Source: Pristiophorus japonicus | Lineage: Eukaryota | Assembly (NCBI RefSeq): GCF_044704955.1 | Contig: NC_091995.1 | Location: forward strand, 86,614,001 to 86,678,000 | DNA length: 64,000 nt | Direction: 5' to 3' | Shown here: piece by piece, positions 1 to 12,115 of the stretch | Layout of the letters: each line of letters begins with the position of its first letter | How positions within the stretch are numbered: the first letter of the stretch is position 1 | Position numbers and translations under genes: made by a program | The notes under the pieces: generated by a model | What the model saw: only the letters and a program-made list of their open reading frames with translations | What the model was told of the DNA's origin: nothing | Databases searched by the model: none

Positions 1-532
1 GGTGTAGAACCGGTATCTCGCCATCAGAACGCTTTCCTTCGGGTTCAGATGCTCCCGGACCAGTGTGCACAAATCATCATACGATTTCCCTGTGGATTTC
101 GCTGGAGAAAGCAGATTTTTCATGAGGCCATACGTTGGTGCCCCGCAGACAATGAGGATAATCGCTCTTCGCTTGGCAGCGTTCGCTTCTCCTTCCAGCT
201 CGTTGGCCATGAAATATTGGTCGAGTCGCTCCATGAAGGTTTCCCAATAATCTCCCTCCGAGAATTTCTCCAGGATGCCCACTGTTCTCTGCATCGTTGG
301 GTTCGTCAACTGTATCTCGTCGTCAGTTGTTATGTATGAATAAAGAGTCTGACTGGATACTGTGAGCTCAAAATAAAGTGTGACCTGAGTGATTTTTTTA
401 TTGCAGGTCTCTAGAGTGCCTCTCCAGCCTGTGAGGCCTCCTTAAGTACCTGTGCTCCCAAGGGATTGTGGGATCACTTGGGACTCCAGTGGATGAGCCC
501 TCTGATGACTGTACAAGTTTACATATATAACA
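1..532 (-). mobile_element. 5' end of an inner Gypsy (Mag-like) LTR retrotransposon: LTR 328-532, PBS, frameshifted gag start; continues off the left edge
   Basis: LTR bounded by TGTTAT...ATAACA. Minus strand reads LTR-ACTGACGACGAG (decayed TGGCGACGAG PBS), then MQRTVGILEKF/DYWETFMERLDQYFMANEL...VCGAPTYGLMKNLL, homologous to the gag at 2474-2704. Confidence 0.85.
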
Positions 533-2925
533 GTTTACATGGGTCATAATGTACCAGCGGCTTGTTCGAGCAAAGCAGATTGGTGGCTTTCTCGAAAGCT
601 CTGTCTTGCAATACGCCCCACACCCAGTTGTTGCCTTTTCTCAATAGCATATGCAGTGGTTTAAGTAAGGTGCTCAATTTAGGTCGGAAGTTACCAAAGT
701 AGTTGAGTAGACACAGGAACGAACGCAGCTCTGTCACGTTCTACGGCTTGGGTGCATTCTTGATGGCTTTGGTTTTCACGTCAGTAGGTCAGATGCCATC
801 AGCGGCGATTTTCCTCCCGAGGAATTCGACCTCCGGTACCATGAAGACGCACTTCGAGCATTTAAGTCTGAGTCCCACTCTGTCCAAATGCAGTAGAACC
901 TCTTCCAGGTTGTTCAGATGTTCCTTGGAGTCACGATCGGTGATCAGAATGTCATCTTGGAACATGACGGTTCTGGGAACGGACTTCAGTAGACTTTCCA
1001 TATTCCTCTGGAATATTGCTGCAGCCGAGCGAATTCCAAACGGGCACCTGTGGTAAATAAACAGTCCCTTGTGCAACGTCTCGACCAACTCCTGCGTCAT
1101 ATAGGCCAATGTCATGTCCAGTTTTATGAACAACTTCCCTCCGGCTAGCGTCGCAAACAAGTCATCAGCTTTTGGTAACTGGTACTGATCTTGTTTTGAA
1201 ACCCTGTTGATCGTAGCCTTGTAGTCTCCACAGACTCTGACATGTGCCATCACTTTTCAGCACAGGAACAATGGGGCTGGCCCATTCATTAAACTCGACT
1301 GGTGATATGATCCCTTCACGCTGGAGTCTGTCCAGTTCAATTTCGACCTTCTCCCTCATCATATACGGCACTGCCCGAGCTTTATGATGGACGGGTCTTG
1401 CATCTGAATCCACGTGGATCTGCACCATGGCTCCCGTGAAGTTGCCGATACCCGGTTCGAACAGCGAGGGGAACTTGCTCAATACTTGGACACATGTATC
1501 TTCCTCTGACGACAACGCCTTTATGTCGTTCCAGTCGCATCTGATTTTCTCCAACCAGCTCCTGCTGAGCAGTGTTGGGACATTGCCTGGAACAATCCAC
1601 AGCGGTATCTCGTGAACCGCACCGTTATACGACACATTACTTTGTGCACTGCCAATCACCTTTATCAGTTCTTTGGTGTACGTGCGCAGCTTGGCATTAA
1701 CAGGGCTCAGCCTGGGCCTCGCAGTCTTAGTATCTCACAGCTTATTAAATGCCCTCTCGCCCCTGTGTCCAGTTCCATCGATACCCGTATCCCGTTAAAC
1801 TTCACATTAATCAAAATTGGTTTACTCTTGGTTATGAAAGAGTACAGTCCATACACTTCCTCCTCTGGCACCTCGGATTGCGTATCCGGATCCGGGCTAG
1901 TCTGACTCTCATCCTCCACGTGGTGTGTCGCAGCACGCTTGCTCATCTGCGGACACTTGCGCTGGAGATGCCCCACTCTCAGGCAGCCTTTGCAACTATA
2001 TTGCTTAAATCGGCACTGCTGGTGCCGGTGATTTCCCCCACAACCCCAACACGGAGAAGTCGGATACATTCCCGCTGGCGGACTTTGGGCAGCCACAGGT
2101 TTCGCGAACGCAGCCGGATAGGCCCTGCCATGTGCCGCTCTGCCGAACACCGAATCAATCGCAGTTACAGTACTTGCCGAGGTTCGGTTCTTCACCGATA
2201 TTTGCTTTAAACTCCTGTCTGTCGTCATACATGGTTGAGTGATCTGGATGGTCCTTTTTAAATCCAACTCTTCCACTGCCAGAAGTTTGTGCAGAATCAC
2301 CTCGTGGTTGATACCGATAACAAAGAAGCATATCTGCCAACACTGTCCCGAACTGGCATGGTCCCGCTAGACCTCTCAGGTCGGCAACGAATTCTGGCCC
2401 TCCGATCGAAGGTGTGTATAAAACCTATATCTCGAGATGATGATGCCGTTGTCTGGCTTGAGGTGCTCCCGTACTAAGTACACAACTCCTCGTACGTTTT
2501 CTCTGTTGGATCACTAGGCATAAGTAGATTCTTTATCAGACTGTAGATCTTTGAACCGCACACAGTGAGGAACACGGCCCCGCGCCGATCTTCATCGTCA
2601 ACCCCCTTCATTTTGTTGGCCACGAAGTACTGGTTCAATCGGCTCACAAAGTCTGCCCAATCTTCTCCCTCCACGAATCGCTCTAAAAATTCAATTGTGC
2701 TCATTTTGCAAACAAAGGTTCTTGTATTCTCGTCGCCAAATGTACAAACTGAGTACTGTTTAACTGAACAAGGTACAACCTTGTTTCTGCTTTATTTAGA
2801 CCCAAAGTGTCTGACTCACAAAATGGCTGGCCTTTTATACCAGAGCAGCACCATGTGCGTGCTGCTCAATGGCCTCCGACAATGACACCATCTGGTGGCC
2901 AGAAGCAGCATGTACATACATGAGA
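533..2925 (-). mobile_element. Outer Gypsy (Mag-like) LTR retrotransposon: degenerate gag-protease-RT with 5' LTR (2741-~2925) and tRNA-Ser-type PBS
   Basis: ORF fragments give gag MSTIEFLERF..., two Zn knuckles (CWGCGGNH..C, CKGCLRVGHLQRKC), protease MELDTGA, RT WASPIVPV / PFGI / FQDDIL / FLG and ELRSFL..LNYF. PBS TGGCGACGAG directly follows LTR end at 2741. Multiple frameshifts. Confidence 0.92.
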
Positions 2926-3676
2926 GTTTCCTCTGCCCACCTTTGGCTCACTTGCCGTGAAGGAGTTCCTCCACACCTCTGCACCCACCTTGGACCCGCC
3001 CTCGAGCCGAAGGAACGCTACTTGTTGAGTCAGCATCGGTTGTGGTGGGGCAATTAGGCCCTCCTGAAAGCGAGTGAAAGAAGAAAGCATTGTGGAAGGA
3101 GCAGCCTGCGCAAAGGGCAATATGGGTGGGGGGGAGGGGGGGGCGGGGAGGAATAAGTCAATATTTGAAAGAACACAGACTCGGGCATACCTGGGAAAAT
3201 TGGCTGTGGAAAGGATTAGCTCCCCTGGACGAGGTTCCTCCGGTTTGTGAACAGGCTTACGACAAAGAAGCCTTTGAGGACACCAGCACCCTTTCTGTAT
3301 GTAAATATACAGAGGCATCCTGGTTGGCCCAAGGCAAACCTAGCTTAATGCCAAGGACATGTTGGACATATTAAGCTCTCGCAGTTAAGGCACTGTTTGG
3401 GAAGTAAAGCTGTTAATATCTGATTGGCAGAGGTGAGGTAAAGGAACACATTGCCAGGATTAATTTAGCTCTCTTGGCATTAGATTAAAATACTGAATTC
3501 GCTCGGGTAATCTAACTATAAAGCACTAATGGTTCTCAGGAGATTGAAGTGCAGAAAGCTGTGAATTCTGGAAATCTAAAATTAAAACAGAAAATGCCAG
3601 CAACTCATGGAAGAGCCATCCACATCGGAATAGAGATGACTATTTGAGGTGTAGGCCTTTAATTTAAATTGTAAGG

Positions 3677-4235
3677 TGTCTGACATGGCTCAATGGGTAA
3701 CACTCTCAACCTCGGAGTCAGAAGGTTGTGGGTTCGAGTCCCACTCCAGGGACTTGAACACAAAAATCCAGGCTGGTACTCCCAGCGCAGTGCTGAGGGA
3801 GTGCCGCACTGTCGGAGGTGCTGCCTTTCACAGGGGATGATAAAACCGAGGCCCCGTCTGCTCTCTCAGGTGGACCTAAATGATCCCACAACTCTATTTT
3901 GAAAAAGAGCAGGGGCATTCTCTCTGGTGTCCTGCCTAATATTTATTCCTCAACCAACATCACTGAAAACAGATTTTAAAAAAAGGTTAATACGCAAAGA
4001 AAGGTCAAAACTGCGAGAGTCGGAGGGCAGGGTATCTGATGGAGAGGGACACCGTCAAGCCGCATCTGATCATTGTCACACTGCTGTTTGTGGGAGCTTG
4101 CTGTGCGTAAGTTGGCTGCCGTGTTTCCCACATTACAACAGTGACTACACCCCAAAAGTACTTCATTGGCTGTAAAGGGCTTTGCGACGTCCTGAGGTTG
4201 TGAAAGGCGCTATATAAATGCACGACTTTCTCTTT
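3677..4235 (+). mobile_element. tRNA-headed DeuSINE (SacSINE1-like) with an internal insertion
   Basis: A/B-box head (TGGCTCAATGG...GGTTCGAGTCCC), core GTGGGAGCTTGCTGTGCG, L2-like tail GAAAGGCGCTATATAAATGCA. Confidence 0.85.
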
Positions 4236-4395
4236 TTTCTTATTATTTCCGATAAACTTCCCATTTTTTTCCCTGCCACTCCCGTCTTTCCCTGGGGAGA
4301 TGGCAGTCTGGCCTCGCGCTCATGACAAAAGGAAAGGTCAAAGCAGCAAGTCTCGGAGAGCAGGCTCTCCGGCTATGGGGGAAGGATCACTGACA

Positions 4396-4902
4396 GGGGT
4401 ACGGTAGTATAGTGGTTTTGTCACTGGGCCAGTAATCCCCAGGCCTGGACTAATGATCCAGAGACATGAGTTCAAATCCCACCACGGCAGCTGGGGAATT
4501 TAAATTCAGTTAATTAAATAAATCTGGAATTTAAAAAGCTAGTATCAGTAGTGGTGACCATGAAACCACCGGATTGTCATAAAAACCCATCTGGTTCACT
4601 AATGTCCCTTTAGGGAAGGAAATCTGCCGCCCTTACCCGGTCTGGCCAATATGTGACTCCAGACACACAGCAACGTGGTTGACTCTTAACTGCCCCTCTG
4701 AAATGGCCCAGTGAGACATTCAGTTGTACCAAACCGTACGGCAAAGTCAGCACTGTGTGGGAGCACCTTCACCACACGGGACTGCAGCGGTTCAAGAAGG
4801 CGGCTCGCCACCACCACCTTCCCAAGGGGCAACTAGGGATGGGCAATAAATGCCGGCCTTGCCAGCGACACCCACATCCCGTGAACGAATAAGTAAAAAA
4901 TA
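4396..4902 (+). mobile_element. Second tRNA-derived SINE family with a LINE-derived tail
   Basis: Head GGTAGTATAGTGG...GAGTTCAAATCCC; tail matches the LINE 3' end at 59610-59740. Partial copies near 26610-26810 and 48232-48555. Confidence 0.8.
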
Positions 4903-5847
4903 AAATGTCAAGCCTCATCCTGCCCTCATGGGATGTCCACACACCCACGCTGCCCAGTGAAGTCCGCTGGTGAGCGATCGCAAGTGGGATCCCTCCCCTT
5001 CCACACCTCCTTCCACAGCCGAGAGAGGCCGAGGACAAGTGATGGCAAATCAGTGTGGGAGAAATTTGACCGGGCCTCTGTTGCGGCGTTAATCCGGGCG
5101 GAGCGGTACTTTTAGCGCCTTGAAAAAGGTTGCACCTCGCGCCCAGAAATTCATCCAATTCGGTCAAAGAGCTGACGGGGGCGATAAATCAGCCGTTGCA
5201 CACCAGAGCTCAGGGGGGGGCGGGCGATAACCAAAGTTTGGTCGATACATTTTACGGGCTCATTGCGCATGCGCAGAACTCCGAATCAGCTCCCTGGAAA
5301 AGCCGAGTCTTAAAGGCGCAGCATAGTAATGCACCCATTAAAGTTTTCAAAATCACTTGTTTTCGAGCTGCACTGCTATATGTCTGTCTGCCGCGGCAAA
5401 CTCGGAGGCTCATGCACCGTGCTGTGTGTTAATGTTGCACTGACTGTGACCTCCCGAGGGAAACACTTCCTCATCCCTTTCAGTAGCCCCGGTGCCCTGG
5501 TCTAATATTTATCCCTCAATCAACAGCAGTAAAACAGATTATCTGCTCACCCCCACCTTGATGTTTGTGGGAGCTTGCTGTGCGCAAATTGGCTGCAAAG
5601 TGCTTTGGGACATCCTGAGGTCGTGAAAGGCGCTATATAAATGCAAGTGTTTCTTTCTTTCCATTATGGAGGCATAAGATAGTGCAATAGCTGAAAGCAA
5701 TCAGCAAATCACTGTTCACCTCCCTGGTTAACCTGTTACTGAAAGCTTCCCTGGATCCCGAGGCTAGGATACACACTCTCAAAGGTTTGGGAGATGGGAG
5801 TCGCCAATGAGACTGATCCGAGATACGAAACCAAAATAAGCGAGGTT

Positions 5848-6563
5848 TGAACATAAGAACATAAGAACATAAAAAATAGGAGCAGGAGTAGGCCATACTG
5901 CCCCTCGAGTGTGCTCCGCCATTTAATACGATCATGGCTGATCTGATCATGGGCTCAGCTCCACTTCCCCGCCCACTCCCCATAACCCCTTATCCCCTTA
6001 TCGTTTAAGAAACTGTCTATTTCTGTCTTAAATTTATTCAATGTCCCAGCTTCCACAGCTCTCTGAGGGAGCGAATTCCACATATTTACAACCCTCTGAG
6101 AGAAGAAATTTCTTCTCATCTCAGGTTTAAATGGGCAGCACCTTATTCTAAGATCATGCCCCCTAGTTCTAGTCTCCCCCATCAGCGGAAACATCCTCTC
6201 TGCATCCACCTTGTCAAGCCCCCCCATAATCTTATACGTTTCGATAAGATCACCCCTCATTCTTCTGAATTCCAATGAGTAGAGGCCCAACCCACTCAAC
6301 CTTTCCTCATAAGTCAACCCCCTCATCTCCGGAATCAACCGAGTGAACCTTCTCTGAACTGCCTCCAAAGCAAGTATACCCTTTCGTAAATATGGAAACC
6401 AAAACTGCACGCAGTATTCCAGGCATGGCCTCACCAATACCCTGTATAACTGTAGTAAGACTTCCCTGCTTTTATACTCCGTCCCCTTTGCAATAAAGGC
6501 CAAGATACCATTGGCCTTCCTGATCACTTGCTGTACCTGCATACTAACCTTTTGCGTTTCATG
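5848..6563 (-). mobile_element. 5'-truncated CR1 LINE (ORF2 C-terminus and 3'UTR)
   Basis: ORF 5955-6569 LVRPCLEYCVQFW...LEFRRMRGDLIETYKI...FFSQRVVNMWNSLP; (TTCTTATG)n-type tail. Confidence 0.93.
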
Positions 6564-7348
6564 AAGCAATGCTAAAACATATCAGATCGCTTATTTATTT
6601 GTGACGCATTATGGAGTCTTCGAGAAAAGAGCATCTCTTAAACATAACGTTAGTTACATGGTTTCCACGAGCTCTCTAGCTTAAGTTAGGCCGTGACAGT
6701 TTTTCAGATGCTCACTGCTGCAAATCGGATTCTGCCCACTTTGTCCATCTTTGCAACAACTCACCACTCCCCCTGCTGGCTTTTGCAGATATTTACCTGA
6801 ATAACGCAGCAGAGCAAATAGTGAAAAGACAAATGAACATTTCAGGTGTAAAGCCCGGCTGCTGAGGAAGCTCCTGTTTTGTATTTACTGATTTTTTTTA
6901 TTTCAGTTTTGCAACTTCTTCCAGCTCTGCCTCACCACCACTTCTCTCGACCCCTCCACGGTCTCTAAGTTGTCAGACTGCTTGTCCGACATCAGCAGAA
7001 ATTTTCTCCAATTAAATATTGGGACGACCGAAGCCATAGTTTTCGGTCCCCGCCACAAACTGCCTTCCCTAGCCACTGACTCCATCCCTCTCCCTAGCAT
7101 CTGTCTTGGGCTGAACCAGACTGTTCGCAACCTTGGTGTCATATTTGACCCTAATATGAGCTTCCGACCACATATCCGCAGCATAACTAAGACCGCCTAT
7201 TTCCACCTCCGTAACATCGCCCATCTCCACCTCTTGCCTCAGCTCATCCGCTGCTGAAGCCCTCATCCATGCCTTTGTTACCTCCAGACTTGACTATTCC
7301 AACGCACTCCTGGCCGGCCTCCCACATTCTACCCTATGTAAACTAGAG

Positions 7349-7973
7349 AACATACATAAGAGCATAAGAATTAGGAACAGGAGTAGGCCATCTAGCCCCT
7401 CGAGCCTGCTCCGCCATTCAACAAGATCATGGCTGATCTGGCCGTGGACTCAGCTCCACTTACCCGCCCGCTCCCCCTAACCCTTAATTCCTTTATTGGT
7501 TAAAAATCTATCTATCTGTGATTTGAATACATTCAATGAGCTAGCCTCAACTGCTTCCTTAGGCAGAGAATTCCACAGATTCGCAACCCTCTGGGAGAAG
7601 AAATTCCTTCTCAACTCAGTTTTAAATTGGCTCCCCCGTATTTTGAGGCTGTGCCCCCTAGTTCTAGTCTCCCCTACCAGTGGAAACAACCTCTCTGCCT
7701 CTATCTTGTCTATCCCTTTCATGATTTTAAATGTTTCTATAAGATCACCCCTCATCCTTCTGAACTCCAACGAGTAAAGACCCAGTCTACTCAATCTATC
7801 ATCATAAGGTAACCCCCTCATCTCCGGAATCAGCCTAGTGAAGCGTCTCTGTACCCCCTCCAAAGCTAGTATATCCTTCCTTAAGTAAGGTGACCAAAAC
7901 TGCATGCAGTACTCCAGGTGCGGCCTCACCAATATCCTGTACAGTTGCAGCAGGACCTCCCTGCTTTTGTACT
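7349..7973 (-). mobile_element. 5'-truncated CR1 LINE nested in L2
   Basis: ORF 7477-8034 LVRPHLEYCMQFWSPYLRKD...NFFSQRVANLWNSLP. Confidence 0.92.
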
Positions 7974-7993
7974 CGAGGTGATCCAAAACTCGG

Positions 7994-8200
7994 CTGCCCC
8001 ATGTCCTAACTCGCACCGAGTCCCGCTCACCCATAACCCCCTGTGCTCACTGCCCCATGTCCTAACTCGCACCGAGTCCCGCTCACCCATAACCCCCTGT
8101 GCTCACTGTCCCATGTCCTAACTCGCACCGAGTCCCCCTCACCCATAACCCCCTGTGCTCACTGCCCCGTGTCCTAGCTCGCACCAAGCCCTGCTCACCC
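7994..8200. repeat. 56-bp minisatellite (~3.6 copies) made from L2 coding sequence
   Basis: Unit CTGCCCCATGTCCTAACTCGCACCGAGTCCCGCTCACCCATAACCCCCTGTGCTCA starts at 7994, 8050, 8106, 8162. Confidence 0.92.
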
Positions 8201-8724
8201 GCTGTGCTCGCTGACCTACATTGGCTCCCGGTTAAGCAACAGCTCAATTTCAAAATTCTCATCCTAGTTTTCAAATCTCTCCATGACCTCGCCCCCCCCC
8301 TCTCCCTATCTCTGTAATCTCCACCAGTCCCACAATCCCCCGAGACTGCGCTCCTCTAATTCTGCCCCTCTTGAGCATCCCTGATTATAATCGCTCCACC
8401 ATCGGTGGCCGTGCCTTCTGTTTCCTGAGCCCCAAACTCTGGAACTCCCTCCCTAAACCTTTCCCCCTCTCTAACTCTCTCTCCTGCTTCAGATGCTCCT
8501 TAAAACCGACCTCTTTGGTCATCTGCCGTAATTTCTTCTTATGTAGCTCGGTCAAATGTAATTTTTTTTGTCTTATAACGCTTCTGTGAAGCACCTTGGG
8601 GCGTTTTGCTGTGTTAAAGGTGCTACATAAATACAAGTTGTTGTTTGTTTGTATTAAACAGTCAATGCTTGATACCTGGCCTGACTCCAACATTCTGACA
8701 CAAGCTGCTAAATACTTCAAAAGT

Positions 8725-9075
8725 CAACCACTGTGGATGCTGGAAATCTGAAATAAAAACAGCAAATGCTGGAAATACTTAGCTGGCCAGGCAGCAGCTG
8801 TGGAGAGAGAAACAGAGTTTGCGTTTCAGCTCGATGTTGGAGAGGTAACAGGTTTTAAGCAAGTAAACCTCAGCCTCTGTACTTCCACGGCGGAGGGGAA
8901 TCCTCGATGAGGAAAAAGGAAGACATATCGGAAGTATTGGTATGGAAGGTGGCGTCGTCAGAACAGATGCGACGGAGACGGAGAAACTGAGAGAATGGAG
9001 TCCTTACAGGAAGTGAGGTGGGAGGAAGTGTAGCCCAGGTAGCTGTGGGAGTTGGCGGGCTTATAGTAGAAGGAT
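8725..9075 (-). mobile_element. Penelope-like element fragment (RT C-terminus plus terminal-repeat sequence)
   Basis: Minus strand YKPANSHSYLGY...FSQFLRLRRICSDD. Related GCTGGAAAT...CTGTGGAGAGAGAAACAGAG repeats also near 9940-10235, 14310, 24420, 27318, 28365-28730. Confidence 0.75.
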
Positions 9076-9290
9076 TACCCTCCTCTGGACCCATCTTTTG
9101 TTTTGCTTGTCTCATTACTGTAACGTATAAGAACATAAGAACATAAGAATTAGGAACAGGAGTAGGCCATCTAGCCCCTCGAGCCTGCTCCGCCATTCAA
9201 CAAGATCATGGCTGATCTGGCCGTGGACTCAGCTCCACTTACCCGCCCGCTCCCCGTCACCCTTAATTCCCTTATTGGTTTCCCCTTATT

Positions 9291-9939
9291 TGTATGCACC
9301 TGTGAGTATGCTCACAGGTTTGTGGAGCTGTTGTTGTCGGAGGGGAGTGGGCAGGTCTGAAGGCCTTCTCGTAGGACTGCTCCTGGGCATGGCCAATGTG
9401 GCCATGAGCCGGTCCAGGTGGCGGGCGGTCGAGGGGGCTGTTTAGCCCGACTGCCTGCCTCTTTTCCGCGGTTACATCCGAGCCAGGGTGTCCCTGGAGA
9501 TGGAGCACGCGGTGTCCAATGGTACGCTCGCGGCCTTCCGCGAGAGGTGGACACCAGCGGGACTGGAGTGTATCATCACCCCCGGCAACCAAATTTTAAT
9601 TTAATTTAAGTTTAATGTCTAAAGTTTAATTTGTTTAATGTGTCGGTTTTAGTGCCCCTTTAACGAGGGGGCATTTGATTATTGTTTCAATTGAAATAGT
9701 TGTAGAGCTGTTGAGTTGGGAGTGGCTTAGCCAGTCATGTGATGTTCACAACACTCAATAAAACCGCAGCCAGTTGGGTTCGGGGGATCCACGATGAGGC
9801 AGGTGGTTGTAAGCCTGGTGGATGAACTGGTAATGTGTAGTGTGATTGTTAAACCTTTTGCTAATAAACCAACTAGTTTTTAATTGCAATGTGTTGCTGT
9901 GAATTCAGAAACAAAGAACCCGTGAAACAAATACATTAC
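9291..9939 (+). mobile_element. Solo LTR (TGTAATGTAT...ATACATTACA family) split by a Tx1 insertion
   Basis: 9291-9333 plus 9700-9939 align to the intact minus-strand copy at 25745-26019; AATAAA present; ends ATACATTACA. Confidence 0.8.
9334..9699 (+). mobile_element. Tx1-clade non-LTR retrotransposon 3' fragment with 14-bp TSD
   Basis: Encodes LLVGLLLGMA.VA...DCLPLFRGYIRARVSLEMEHAVS.GTLAAFRERW, resembling the Tx1 ORF2 C-terminus. Flanks TTGTGGAGCTGTTG (9320-9333) and TTGTAGAGCTGTTG (9700-9713). Confidence 0.75.
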
Positions 9940-10502
9940 AATTACCATCATCCCTTTTGATTCTCTAATCTCTCCTGCCTTCCACCCTATCACAGACCTT
10001 CGCTTTTGTTCTTTCCTCCCCTCCCTGCTTTCCCGGCCCCGACACCTGCTTAAAAACCTGTTACGTCAGTAACAATTTTCCAGTTCTGACGAATGCTCGA
10101 CCTAAACCGTTAGAGCTCTGTTTCTCTCTCCACGGAAGCTGCCTGACCCACTGCGAGTTTCCAGCATTCCCTGTTTGCAATGTCAGATTCCCAACATCCC
10201 GCAGCGTTTGGGCATTTGCAGCCAAGTTTTTGTTTCCGATGTAGACCCCCTGCATTAGAACCGAAAGAAATTTCTTCTGGACAATGAAGAGCCTTTAAGT
10301 AGGATGGGAATGAAGGGGAAGTCAGGGAGGAAATCAAAACAAACAAGAGAGGAAACATGGGAAGAATGTGCAGACGTGCCAACTCTGGCCGACCTATCGC
10401 GAGGGAGGCGAATTTCGAAGTAAAATTAATCCTCACTCGTGATCTCGCGATGGAAGTTGTAGGGGATAGCGGAAAGGCTTCTCTTTCCACGAGCGGACCC
10501 CC

Positions 10503-11110
10503 TGATATAAGGGGTCGACACTCATCCCAATCCGTGTAGCAACCCTTGAAGTTAATAGACGGAGATGGAAGGCAAGGTTCGATTAACTTTAATCACTAAA
10601 CGGTTCAGGAGCAATTTCTCAACACAGCCGCCTGTGAGTGGAAACGCTCTGCGAACAGCAAATTCAGACATCTTTTATACAATTTCAAAGACCCCGTTAC
10701 TGCCCCAATACAACCTCCCACAACTCCTGATTGGTTACCTTATCAGTAATACCTTGGATTGACAGACCAGTGTCTTAAGGCAGCTTCAGGCTTTCTCGAG
10801 GGTGAGCTCATCTTGTTAGAATGTGCTGAGCTGGCGGCCTTTGTCTCGGGTTGGTTATTGGGGCTATCGAGCTCTGTTATAATTGCAGTGTTAGGAATGG
10901 ACATAGGCCTTTGTAATGGTCACTTTTATATAAGGGTGTGTAAAGGAAATAACAAAGCTGAATGAGTAATTACGGGAGGCCCCATCACAGGAAACCCAGA
11001 GGGGCAGATAAACAGGGCAAGGGGTCAAACGTGACAATGGAAAAACTCCATCTGATCAAGGCAAGAGAGATAAGATAACATTCCAATGTGCTAATAAACC
11101 GTTGGGACAC
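10503..11110. mobile_element. Rearranged ERV-like LTR sequence related to 13403-13955
   Basis: 10859-10884 and 10988-11056 are reverse-complement homologues of 13925-13950 and 13681-13752. 10503-10790 has minus-strand CCAAT, TATAAAA and ATTAAA in LTR order. Confidence 0.5.
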
Positions 11111-11488
11111 AGTGAGGTTTATGGAGTACTGGGGATAGGCGTGTCTGAATTGTACCTTTACTTTGAATGCCAAGGATTTCAGCTATACACCTTTTCTGGC
11201 GAACTAACTTAAAACATTTCGTATATACCCCTAATGCCAAAGCTATTTTTCCTCTTACAGAAGGGACAGAACCCCACCCCACCCCCCCCTCCCCCCCCGT
11301 GGATTTTTTTTTTCTAGAGCTGGTCGTGTCGCCTTGTGACGTCAGTAATCGGTGAGCAACGGGCGCGTGTGCTTCCTGTCCGGGGGTGGAGGGGTGGGGG
11401 GCAAAGGTCGGCGAGGGGGTGGGGGGAGTCGGTGGGGGAGTTGGGGGGACAACACACAAGGCTTCAGCCTCACGGGGCTGGGAGGGGG

Positions 11489-12115
11489 NNNNNNNNNNNN
11501 NNNNNNNNNNNNNNNNNNNNNNNNNNNNNNNNNNNNNNNNNNNNNNNNNNNNNNNNNNNNNNNNNNNNNNNNNNNNNNNNNNNNNNNNNNNNNNNNNNNN
11601 NNNNNNNNNNNNNNNNNNNNNNNNNNNNNNNNNNNNNNNNNNNNNNNNNNNNNNNNNNNNNNNNNNNNNNNNNNNNNNNNNNNNNNNNNNNNNNNNNNNN
11701 NNNNNNNNNNNNNNNNNNNNNNNNNNNNNNNNNNNNNNNNNNNNNNNNNNNNNNNNNNNNNNNNNNNNNNNNNNNNNNNNNNNNNNNNNNNNNNNNNNNN
11801 NNNNNNNNNNNNNNNNNNNNNNNNNNNNNNNNNNNNNNNNNNNNNNNNNNNNNNNNNNNNNNNNNNNNNNNNNNNNNNNNNNNNNNNNNNNNNNNNNNNN
11901 NNNNNNNNNNNNNNNNNNNNNNNNNNNNNNNNNNNNNNNNNNNNNNNNNNNNNNNNNNNNNNNNNNNNNNNNNNNNNNNNNNNNNNNNNNNNNNNNNNNN
12001 NNNNNNNNNNNNNNNNNNNNNNNNNNNNNNNNNNNNNNNNNNNNNNNNNNNNNNNNNNNNNNNNNNNNNNNNNNNNNNNNNNNNNNNNNNNNNNNNNNNN
12101 NNNNNNNNNNNNNNN
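11489..12115. other. Assembly gap (627 N) within a G-rich/CpG-rich region
   Basis: Run of N flanked by G-tracts on the left and CpG-rich sequence on the right. Confidence 1.

Larger units (their letters stand above)
6921..8645 (+). mobile_element. L2 LINE 3' fragment interrupted by a CR1 and a minisatellite
   Basis: NFLQLNIGTTEAI...VRNLGVIFDP...AFVTSRLDY...LADLHWLPVKQ...GGRAF..PKLWNSLP; L2 tail AAAGGTGCTACATAAATACAAGTTGTTG. Confidence 0.88.

Noticed and set aside
7994-8200. CRISPR-like array
   Set aside because: Head-to-tail units without unique spacers, derived from L2, in a vertebrate genome.
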